64,000 bases of DNA from Euprymna scolopes. Taxonomy: Eukaryota. The stretch is from the NCBI GenBank assembly GCA_053919585.1, contig CM132787.1; one strand, written 5' to 3'. Position numbers and translations under genes: made by a program. Under the pieces are notes generated by a model. It was not told the origin of the DNA and made no database searches. It saw only the letters and a list, made by a program, of their open reading frames with translations. The stretch's first letter is position 1. The number at the start of each line of letters is the position of its first letter. Positions 53,546 to 64,000 of the stretch are shown one piece after another.

Positions 53546-56500
53546 ATGGATCTAAAGCTTACTAGTGTTAATATCCGAGGACTAAGTGCCGACTCGCGAA
53601 AATGGCGGTTGAGTTTGGACCTGCAGCACATCGGAGTGGATATTTGCTGTGTGCAGGACACCCATTTTATTCCCGGTGACCATTTACGTGCGCTCTAAGA
53701 CATTTAAGGATAATTCAGCGTACTTTAATTCTCACTCTAGAGTGGTCTCCTGGCTAGTTAAAAGGTCCCTAAATGCATCGTGTGACCCGTGCTACATGGA
53801 TCCGGAGGAAGACTATGCGTTTTTGATGTTACCATAAAGGGCAGGGCATTTCGTCTTATTGGGGTTTATGCGCGCAATAGCCAGGTTAAGCTGTTTTTTC
53901 GGCGCATTGAGCAGTTCATGGATACTTCTCGAACCGTTATCTTAGCGGGAGACTGGAACGCGGTCCTGGATCCCGATTTAGATCGATTTGATCGACAAAT
54001 ACCGAAATGAAAAGCCCCGTAACTTAGTGTGGACTAAGACAGGTAGACGCGACTCCGGTCCGGTACAGCTCTCGAACTATATCGACCGGTTCTTAGTTAG
54101 GAGAGTCGATGTAGGAGTATTGAATGTTCAAGTTTCCACAACATAGTTTACTCGGATGACAGACTTGTCCGTGTACGGGTAAACTTAGATAGATCTAAGC
54201 TTAGATTAGCCGGTTACTGGAAACTCAACATGTGAAGGGCTTCCGGGAAGGGCTATTACTAACCATACAGCGGGAATTGCCGGGGGTAATTATTGGGAAT
54301 AAGTGGAGGGTAAAAATTAAGGAAGCCATTAGGTCCTTTTCTGCCAACTTTAGTAAAAGACTCAATCTAGATTCTAGGGCAGCTAAAGCGACACTAGATT
54401 CTAGATTAGTCGGGCGGTGGAGGAGAGGGATAGTGCTAGCGTTAATGTAATTAAGGCTCAGCTACCCTCCCTTGCTGAAAAGGTGCACAACGTTTTAGCG
54501 ATTAGGGCTAGGTTAAAAAGAATGCCCCAGGAAGCAACAAACATGGCCGTTGAACTGCATGCAGAGGAGCTGAGGCAATCGGCCGATAGTCACATCGCTC
54601 GTGTCACATTGCCGGACGGGCGTACCGTGACCACAAACCAGGGTGTACTGGAGGCGTTTAGATCTCATTTCCAGGAGCTTTTTTTCCATGGAACCCGGTC
54701 TGTCATTAGAACAGTTCGACACTTATTTGGCTGATTTTTCTAGTCTTACGACGACCGAAGCGGCTAGGTGCGAAAATGGCATAACAGAGGAGATAGTCAT
54801 TGAAGCCTTAAACCGGGTCGGCCTTAATAGGTCTCCGGTGATCGATGGTCTGCCCTACGAAGTGTATTTGAGGTTGTTGCACATCTTTGTCCCTTTGCTG
54901 ACGGTTTTATTTAACTCATGCTTTAGGAACGGCTCAATCCGCAAGTACTTTACCATGGGTGTGATAATTCTTGTCCGTAAAAGCAAAGTTGGTGGGAATG
55001 GGTTAGGTAATTTCAGGCCTTTAACGATGCTTAACGCGGAGTTAAAGATTTTGGCCAAGATTCTCGCAAATCGTCTGCAGCTTGTTCTGGCTCGTCTTAT
55101 TAGCCCCGAGCAAACGTGTGCCGTGAAGGGCAGGACAATTCAGGAGAACTTGCACACGATAAGCCTGATGATAGAAAAAGTCGACACTGAGGCCACGCTG
55201 ATCAATTTAGATCAGTCCAAAGCCTCTGATAGGGTTGACCATCGGTATTTGGGGGTTGTTTCATCGGCGGCCGGTTTTGGCCCGCAATTTCGTTCGTGGG
55301 TTCATCTTCTCTATGCTAACCCCGCGGTGATGGTAGAAGTAAATTGGAGGAGGTCGAGACCCTTCAGTTTGTCACGTTCAATTTGTCAAGGGTATCCGTT
55401 ATCACCCATGCTGTACGTGCTCGCAATAGAGCCATTTTGCTCAAGCTAAGGGTGAATCCGGTCCTACGCGGAATCACTTTGCCAGGTGCGGATCCCCAGG
55501 TAAAGTACTCCTCCTATGCAGACGACGTAACTGTGCTTGTAACAAGCAGTGCTGAGATTAGTGTCGTCAGTGTAGAAATCAGATTGTATGAAACGGTAAC
55601 AGGGGCCAAAATTAGCTGCGACAAGTCTTCGGGTGTGAGCATCGGTCGGTGCCTGGAGAGGTATGCCCCTTCAGGGGCCCTTTAGTTGGAGCGACGGGCC
55701 GTGCAAGATACTCGGAGAAAAATTGGTCGGAGGTTCTGAAAGCTGTCCGATCCGCAGCTGTGCGGTGGATCAGTAGACGCCTTTCATTAAAGGGGAGAAC
55801 GGAGGTGTGTAATACCCACATTTATCTAATCTTCATTTATCGTCTATCAGTGCTTCCAATCCCGTCAGATACACTGCTATATTTGCAGAGGGCTCTTTTC
55901 AACTTTTTATGGCTTGAAGGAGCCCCCATGTTCTGTCGCGATGTCTGGTACCTACATCCTTCTGAAGGCGGTCTAGATATGCCAAATGCTGAGATTCGGC
56001 TCCGCACACTATGCTCTACTACCTAGATCGAATGTGCACACAGGATAGAGAAGACCGTTCCCTCTGGATGGAGGGCACCAAGAAATTCTTTCCGGCTTTG
56101 AGAGGGGTTCACGAGTCTGAGGGGGAGGCACACGGGTTGCCCCGAGGTGAATGCCCCTTCTACCGCGAGTGCTGGCGCGCGTTGAAGTTCCTCTTAAGAG
56201 TTAAGGAAAGCTTCTCCAACGCTCTGCTGTTTTCCCGAAAGGCATTATATCGGGTACTAGTGAGGGGATCCGTAAGGGATGTTATTGATTAGGGGCTCCC
56301 TTTGACGAAGAGACAGCTCCGCTCAATCTGGCCTTGGGCGCCTGGGTCGGGATGCCTCACTAATGATGAGGAATCTTTGACCTGGCTGGTAATTCGGGAT
56401 GCTCTCTGGGTCGGTAAGAGACTTCTCTCAGCTGGCTTGGCGGTTTCGCCTATTTGTAAGCGGTGCGGTGATGAGGTCGAGACTTTATGTCACGCCTTCG

Positions 56501-56888
56501 TCTATTGTCGCATCGTGGTGCCGCTGATTGCGTGTGTTACAGGTCCCATGGTCCGCCCGCATACTGAACACATCGTCGTTAACTTTGGTTCCTCTCAATG
56601 TATGTAGCAATTAGGCTCCGACAACAGATAGGATTAGAAAATAATTTTGTTTGACCTTGCTAGCAGTAATGAGAGGTGTTATTTGGAACACACGTATGTG
56701 TGGTCTACGGATCTGAGGACTTCGCTCCCCTCGACCTTATACGAATCTTCCGTTATCATTTGAAGAGTCGTATCAAGGCCAAGAGAGTTAGACTCTCTTC
56801 GTCAGACTTTGTTGAAAGGTGGGTGTCAGTTGTGCGTGTGTGTCGGGTGAGAGAAGCAAGTCTTGACTGGTTCTTTGACGCCCCTTAG
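53546..56888 (+). pseudogene. Tx1 ORF2 (APE endonuclease, reverse transcriptase, C-terminal zinc finger), disrupted
   Basis: MDLKLTSVNIRGL, IGVYA, LAGDWN, YIDRF, SPVIDGLPYEVY, NFRPLTMLNAELKILAKILANRL, LDQSKASDRVDH, QGYPLSP, YADD, and CKRCGDEVETLCHAFVYC. Confidence 0.92.
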
Positions 56889-57083
56889 GTAAACGAATTT
56901 TTGGTAACAAAAACGAACGTCAGCCCTGACTCGTTTAAAGTCCAGAGTAGGTAACGGTTTAGGCAAGATTAGGACAATTTTCTAGACTCTTATGTTCATA
57001 AACTAACTAGTGTGTGATAGAGACCTTTAGTCCCTTTTTAAGTTTGTCCCGTTTTTTTTAGCCCCATTCCCCTTCCCCAATTT

Positions 57084-57239
57084 AGGTGACAGATCGCTTG
57101 ATTCGCCAGAGATGCGGGTTCCCTTTGGAGGTTTTCGTAAGAGGTGATAAAATAAAGCGTTCGGGCCCGCATCACCTTTTCGACTGGCGAATCAGCGCAC
57201 CTGCCACAGTTTAGCAACAGAGGGGTCTTTTGTTGCTAA
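57084..57239 (+). other. long stem-loop plus a second hairpin in the Tx1 3' UTR
   Basis: Nested pairs AGGTG/CACCT, TGATTCGCCAG/CTGGCGAATCA and GATGCGGG/CCCGCATC, then TTAGCAACA/TGTTGCTAA. Confidence 0.8.
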
Positions 57240-57557
57240 CATTGTATATATTCCATTTTATCTTGTATCATAAAATTTTTATAACCCAAGCCCCCATTTT
57301 TCTTATAAGTTTTAATTAGTTTATCATGGTATGATGTTCTATGGTGAATGACGAAGGATGTATACGCTGATGGATGTATAGTATGAATGTGGTATTGTGG
57401 TGAAAATAGAGTGAATGCAGGAACTAGTTAGGTTAGATTAGTTAGTTTTGGACAGAGAAGACCGCCCTTCCCCCTCCCCCATGTTCGGCCTTGTGCCAAA
57501 TTTTTCTTAAAATATTTTTTAATGTATTGTACGGAAATAAATATTTACCCCCACATC

Positions 57558-57926
57558 TGGGTCTGATGAGGAAGGTCTCCTAGCGACTTCGGCTGCATGG
57601 AGACAGGGTATTACAAGTCAAGGATTCGTCACTTGACACTCAACCCAACAGGTGAGGGACCGGGAACCGGCCCAGCCCCTGTTGGACTTAAGTACGCCGC
57701 CTGGGTAATACCTAGGAGGTCCACCCTCCCAGGCCTTGCCCCCGGGCTTTCCGGTGGGGCAAGTTTATTGCGTGCTGCCTGAGGCGCCCCAACCGGGGAA
57801 TGCCGACGGGGTTACTCAGGCAATTTTTAAAATTGCAGGAGTGTCCCTCCTTTAGGGGAGCCTGCTGGGTTCCCACTTTCCGGCCTTGTGCCACATAATG
57901 CTGATGTGGGCAGCATTTAAATATAT
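57558..57926 (+). mobile_element. ~370-nt structured non-coding SINE-like unit directly behind Tx1
   Basis: Homologous to the three monomers at 33261-34305. Contains multiple hairpins and ends GGCCTTGTGCCA + AATGCTG-7nt-CAGCATT + AT tail, followed by CCCCCATCAC (57928-57937), identical to 51591-51600. Confidence 0.8.
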
Positions 57927-59372
57927 CCCCCCATCACAACTCAAACACATTCTACAGTCTACATTCACTCTTTGTATAACGGCATCGAGACCCTCCCGGT
58001 TTATATGATGCGTATCTTCATTTTATTAACTAGCTTGCATTCTCCACGTTGGCAGAGAGTAAAGCAGAGAAATGAGTAGAATATTTTTTACTGCATACTT
58101 AATTCGTTTATAAAAAATGCGCCATTGAAAACATAATATGATCTATTAATAACTTGGCAATGGAATGTATAGAAACCATTCTAGTTGAAATAGAAGCAAA
58201 ATTAATTTACATTTTAATTTATCACGCTAATATATTGAATATAATAGGAATAATATAATGGTAAGTGTTCCCAAGTAAGGAAATAGAGTTTCCGCGATAT
58301 ACAGCTACTTCGCACAAAATCAGGTCGAAGAAGAATCATTCCCGTGATTACTGAACACTAGTTCAGAAATGCAAATCGCTAATAACTATCGTGAAGTTTT
58401 TACTCTAATTATTCAGCATGCTAGGAATGCTTGTAAACCGCAAACGCCTTATTGTAACTTCAGGTCGAGGAGGATTACTAATCCCTTTATCTAATCCTAA
58501 TCACTTCCAAACTCTTGTAGGATGTCTGGAGAAACACCAATTATATTTTTTCTCAACGTTACTTCCGACAAGATTTTAATCACCAGTAGCATGCAAAATA
58601 ATCTGAAATGACGAATTCGCGGAGAAGATCACAAAGACGTAAGGAATATAATCGGCAAGCGTTAGTTAATACCGATAAAGAAGACAAAGAAAATAATGCT
58701 AAAACTATTAAGAACATTTAATCTAAATCACTGATGAAAATTTTAAAGTATTTTTCATAAAAGCAAACAGGGAGTGTTCATCGAATTTTATATCATTTTA
58801 AGTTCAGCAAAATAATGTAAATGATCTTTAATTTAAAAATAAAACAGGGATGAAAGAATATAAAAAAAATAATATTACAATCTATTTTTCTTAAATGAAA
58901 GAACAAATTATTTTAAAATTGTAAAAAAGAAAACGAACGAGGTACTGCACACGTTATATGAATGCTGCTGTAGTCGCATCGCCAACATGTTGCATCGGAC
59001 GAAAACCGTAAAATATACTGCGTTTTTAGGCATAGATCACTGAAAAATCGAGATGCAGTAAATTATTATTATTTTCAATTAAGACATCACAATAAACCAG
59101 AAAAAAATATTACTTCAGTCACTACTTAATATTCAATGGCTGCTCCCTGTTTCGTATAGTAATAATTAGTGAGAACTTTAGTTTAATGTCCAGACTCATA
59201 TAATGTATGATCAATATATATTCGCTATCTGATAAAACTAGCTAAATATATATATAGTCATGTCATGTAAGGCATATTGCTTCTGAGGCATTAATCACCA
59301 ATTTTTTATTTCAAATACCGATTATGTTTTTTGTTTAAAATTAAACTTTTGTTTAAAATTAAACTTCATTAG

Positions 59373-59638
59373 AATTTAATAAATATTTCTATTGATGAAT
59401 TTAAAAACTATGTATTTTTGCTAGCAAATATACACACTGCATAAGCGTTAGTTATTCAAAAAGAAACTAAAGTGTATGCATATATATTATATTATATTAT
59501 ATTATGTTATATTATGTTATATATAAAAGTTGTTTTCAATTAGTTTATTTTTGAATAAGCAATACTTATACAGTTTGCATATTTGTTAGCAAACATACAC
59601 AATCTTTGAAATTCATTTACACAAATATTTATTAAATT
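59373..59638. repeat. foldback/MITE-like ~97-bp imperfect inverted repeat with a (TATAT)n spacer
   Basis: 59373-59470 matches the reverse complement of 59540-59638 with scattered mismatches. Confidence 0.8.
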
Positions 59639-60399
59639 ATAAAAAATATTATTACATACAAAAAAGAGAGTAAACAATTAAATTTCCTGATAAATTAATC
59701 GCATATATCTTAAGGAAAACAAACGATCAATCTATGGAATTGTTGTATTTCTATGAGCATTCTTTCAGTAAACCAGCACCCCAGAACCCTGCTGCATTTG
59801 CAAAGAATAGAAAAGGATTAATAATCTTTCGATTGTAAATCCTTACTGAAATAGATTAAATATAATAAAAAATTTCCAAAACGTTTCGTCAACGACAATT
59901 ATACCAGATGTGGATTGATCGAAATGACATGAGCAAAAACCAGATATGCTTATTTTCTTAATTCGTACCATACTGAAATTTTGACACCTGATATTAAGGA
60001 AATAATTGTCAGCCGATGACAGTTTTACATGTTCAATACAAAAGTATTATATAAATAAAAAATATAAAAATATTTGAAATATTTGAGAACCTCAGTTAGT
60101 AAATAACTACAGACTAAATGCCCGAGATATTTATAAATGTATTGGTGTGGGGATTCATATAAACTCAATATATGAATTCGTCCGATCAGTATAAAAAAAA
60201 AATTAACCGTTGTGTCATAGCCTGTAGTAAGTAATATTGGTGCTAAGTATTATTTACTTGTACTGTATGTATTCGGTTCTGTTTAAAATATTAATAGCTT
60301 TTTTTCTAAATCATATGGGTGACCGAATCTTTTCTGTGTGATCCGTTCCTGGTGAAACAACTTAGCGACGAGAAAATCATATGTATAAAAGTGCTAGCT

Positions 60400-61600
60400 A
60401 AATCACAAACGGATCTGGCATAAAAAAAGAAACATCAAATTCGTAAAGCAAATACGGATATAACACATGGACGAAGCATGAGAACGGCAACAAATGAGAC
60501 TGATGGAACTATTTTGTATGGCTTCGAAAATGCACATAAACAGAGAAAATGAATTACGAATTACATCCGCAGAAGATAACGCGCTTAGAGAAATATATAT
60601 CATAGGGTACGTCGACAACATAAAACAATAAATGCAGACTCTGTGGACATGAGATGAAATGATGGAAAGCATTGAAAAACTAGCACAAAAACAATGCAAG
60701 CATAGACATGATACGGTGGACGAAGCAGTACACTTGGACTATGCAAACAACTGCACGACCAAATGGTATAAGCACAAAAACTTAGCAGTACTTGTAAGCG
60801 AAAACAATGAAAGCCTAGCGGATATTGACATAAAAAAAAACTATCCGGAAAAAAAAATCAGCTGTAAAAATATTATATGAAAAGGAAAAGTCCTGCTACA
60901 ACGTAAGTTTCGCCGTTTCCGCAGATTACGGATGAATATCATGGAAACGGAGAACTGAAGTGAATGCACTGGCCTAGCCAGAGATCTGACAGTCATATTA
61001 GGGATCAAGAAACTCAACATAACACAAATAATTGAAAGTGAACTGTGAAACAATCGCGGAAAATTTCGAAAAGATGAAAGAACCTTGAATTAGAGATATG
61101 GCCGACATGATATAAAGAAAATTGCTGAAATGTTAAGGAAACCCTTTGAATGCGGAGGTCAATTCACATGAGCTACAAGCAATAGTAAAATGTACCGAAC
61201 ATAATTGAAGTGAAACGGAAAGATATTTAACAAAGAAAACTGAAAATGTATGATCGTAAATTCAATTCCACGTGTCGCCATTATCTTCCACCGTCCCAAA
61301 TAGCGCACGACGATAATGATGGAAAGACGAGAAGTGAAATATAACCAAATCTTCACTGAATAAGAGCGACGTGAACTTGAACCTTGATGGAGGTTTATTG
61401 CAGCACAAATCTCAACGTTATCATAGGTCGTTGACAGCGATAAGTCAATAGCAAGCGGCTCTTGCGATGATGTAATTCTATTTGGAAAGTTGACTGAAAT
61501 AGTCGAAATGTACTAGAAATTCGGGAGATTTGCTGTTACTCGAACTTCAGGGAACACCGTCGGTTTTAGGCAATAAGCAATCTCTGATAATTACTTGTGA
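60400..61600 (+). mobile_element. degenerate R4/Dong LINE 3' fragment
   Basis: EKLAQKQCKHRHDTVDEAVH...TTKWYKH...VLVSEN (cf. SKLAQKEYKxRHD...KWYxHxP..VLEN). Boundaries approximate. Confidence 0.65.
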
Positions 61601-61621
61601 GGTAATTCTTATTGAGTACAG

Positions 61622-61678
61622 ATACTACTACTGCTACTACTGCTACTACTGTTGCTATTAATACTACTACTACTACTA

Positions 61679-61737
<59 letters not shown>
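61622..61737. repeat. (TAC)n/(TAT)n microsatellite
   Basis: Direct inspection. Confidence 0.95.
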
Positions 61738-61738
<1 letters not shown>

Positions 61739-63614
61739 AAGTAATGCTAAATAGAAAAGAAAAATCCCTGGTTATTAGAATGACTGAGCATGTAGAGGAG
61801 AACTTGACTTAGATAATAAGATGTATATATATTGGAGATTCTAATAGTAACTTAAATACCAGCAAAAAAAACTAAAAAACAACAGTTGTTTCTAATGAGA
61901 AATCAATAAATAAAACGATTCTTGTGATTAAGGCTATAAACATAGCGGGGGCTGCCAATATCTCTGAAGATACGTGGGTACTTGGACTCCAGGCAGTATT
62001 AGTTGATATTTAACTAGAAAATTCGACTAAATAGAAAATATCGACATAGGCATAAACAATTAACAATTCGACAAAATCTAATATGACCAGCTACTTTTAC
62101 AACCGAGAAAACAGTATAATAATGGACTAATGTTCTCATACAAATTGTAGGTCTATTGTAAATTTTTCCATATTCAGGAGTTGTTATTGGCACATATATA
62201 TGACAGTGACGTAATTTTCTTACTTTGTTCTTTACAGAGCATTTTTTTCAGTTCCCTATGCTTTACATTATTGTTTTATATAATTCACAATATCAATTCA
62301 CTACCTTACGAAATACTAAAAATCGAAATCCTTACTTTAATCTTTTTATTTGAATAAAATATTGCCCGTATTCATCAGAGAAAGCACATAATTTCAATGT
62401 ACAGTTTGCTTACACTTTCAGAAAGTTCTGTTTTTTTGTCTTATTCATTGATTAAAGGGTTCCATTCATATAAATCCCAGCTAAAGTATTCCATTTCCCA
62501 TGAAATTATATAATAAAATTGATTGAGTGTACGCGGTTATATCCCAGTTTTGTAAGCATGTCTCAAGGTTATATTTTCAATATCAATAACATTTCATATT
62601 GGAAAATACACATTGACTTACATGTTTACATTAAAATATCAAGATAATGACACCCACGCATGCTATTTATTACACATCGACATATATTTTAATTAGGCCT
62701 ATCAATAGGAAATTAGGTTTAGCATTTACTAAAATATTGTGCCACATGTTAAAATACGATTCAGAATAATAAGCAGTTTAAATTAAAGGACACAGAAAAT
62801 AAATAACTATATATTAAGCAGACCTTAATGGAAAATAATTGTCTCTTTGTACATACTTTAATCGAGGGTCTCCTCATGTGCGTATATATGCGTGACCATG
62901 TATGAATAAGTCCGTGCGAAACCTATGGCTTCATAAGTGTGTGCCATTCACGTGCGTCCTATTGTCAAAAAGAGAAAATCAAACTGATTAACATCTGAAG
63001 TTCGTTCCTATCGCAAAGATCGTTATGATTTGATCGAGGTCAACGTTCTGGAAATAGTCAGCGGATATAGTTAAGTGGTTTTCTAGTCAAATTTTTGAAT
63101 TATATACTCATATTTTCCGGTTAAAACTTTTTTTACTTATCTCTGGAGCACTAGTAGAATGGAATTATACTTCAGAAAATATTATTTCGCACGAAAATAA
63201 ACATTTAAGTATAGCAAAATAGGCAGCGTATAATAAAATGCATTTTTAAGAACAGAAGTAAAACGCCGAAATTCACCATTTTGGAATGTGACATGACAAG
63301 AAACAAAAACATAATATGAAATAAAATAACCAAATAATAAGAGTAGAGAAATAAGTGACCTGATACTGTTGTTGTACTACCGCAAAACTGGATTAATGTT
63401 TGGCATAATAATGACAACAGATCGGGATAAATCACTAAGTCCTATAAAATATTATCTTGCAGGACTGATAAATTCTGTTGATTATGCTTCATCCAATTCA
63501 TGTATGTATATTTGTTAAGTAATGTAGCTGTCTGTTTTATTTTATTCTCTTTCTCTTTTCGTCTTTCCCTTTTTCACACTTTGTTACTTTTTTTCTCTGT
63601 TATAATCTCAACAT

Positions 63615-63693
<79 letters not shown>

Positions 63694-63968
63694 ACGCAAT
63701 AATTATGTATCGGTTTTTACAAAAATGTATATTTATCAATATGCAAACTAAAGCATTGTACGATCACACGGATATTCGATTTACTTTTTTCATATCATCT
63801 TATTTTCCATTGTTTCGAAATTGTATTTGACTTCATGAAAGGAATACATAATTTTTCAAACGAATGTAATGTAAGCGATTATATTGACTGCAATGCCGTA
63901 TTTAAAATAATATGTAATTAATAATGATATAAAGACGATACCATTTGAAAATACATCATTTGAAATCA

Positions 63969-64000
<32 letters not shown>

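Larger units (their letters stand above)
51601..57547 (+). mobile_element. near full-length Tx1/L1-clade LINE
   Basis: Pyrimidine-rich 5' UTR, ORF1 with a CCHC knuckle, ORF2 with APE-RT-zinc finger, and a structured 3' UTR ending GGCCTTGTGCCAAAT...AAATAAATA. TACCCCCA on both sides (51589-51596 and 57546-57553). Confidence 0.92.

Noticed and set aside
57559-57635. HDV-like ribozyme at the 5' end of the structured unit (GTC-TCCTAGC-GAC resembles P3/L3)
   Set aside because: P1 and P2 pair only with mismatches in this copy, J4/2 is non-canonical, and the copies at 33-34 kb lack the P1 partner. The UUCG hairpin fold is better conserved. Not excluded without an assay.
57664-57675. 7SL/SRP RNA similarity (GAACCGGCCCAG)
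   Set aside because: Only a 12-nt match, with no Alu domain and no SRP helix 8 GGAAACGGAGCAG.
57550-57910. C/D snoRNA (TGATGA...CTGA with a CCCACATC/GATGTGGG terminal stem) or hammerhead (CTGATGA)
   Set aside because: The other copies read ATGATGG, and one lacks the CTGA. No GAAA follows a stem II.

Overview
AT-rich eukaryotic (animal) genomic DNA with four assembly gaps and many (TA)n/(TAA)n microsatellites. The repeat families resemble those I know from molluscs/cephalopods such as Octopus; that is an inference, not an assignment. No intact host gene is recognisable, only a few unidentified candidate exons. The window is mostly decayed mobile elements: two RTE-type LINEs (one split by a mariner), two R4/Dong LINEs, two non-autonomous Helitrons carrying tRNA-like Pol III boxes, a Tc1/mariner remnant, Gypsy and Copia fragments, a decayed baculovirus-F-like envelope gene, and a Penelope element with a hammerhead-ribozyme core inside a 28-bp doubly palindromic minisatellite. 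There is also a near full-length Tx1/L1 LINE (51.6-57.5 kb). The most interesting observation is a ~370-nt GC-rich, multi-hairpin non-coding unit. It sits directly behind the Tx1 3' end and also forms a head-to-tail trimer at 33.3-34.3 kb. It shares the Tx1 3' motif GGCCTTGTGCCA, has a covarying 3' terminal stem-loop, lacks a tRNA head, and is bounded by repeated CCC(C)A(T) junction sequences. It is a candidate non-tRNA SINE-like partner of a site-preferring Tx1 LINE.
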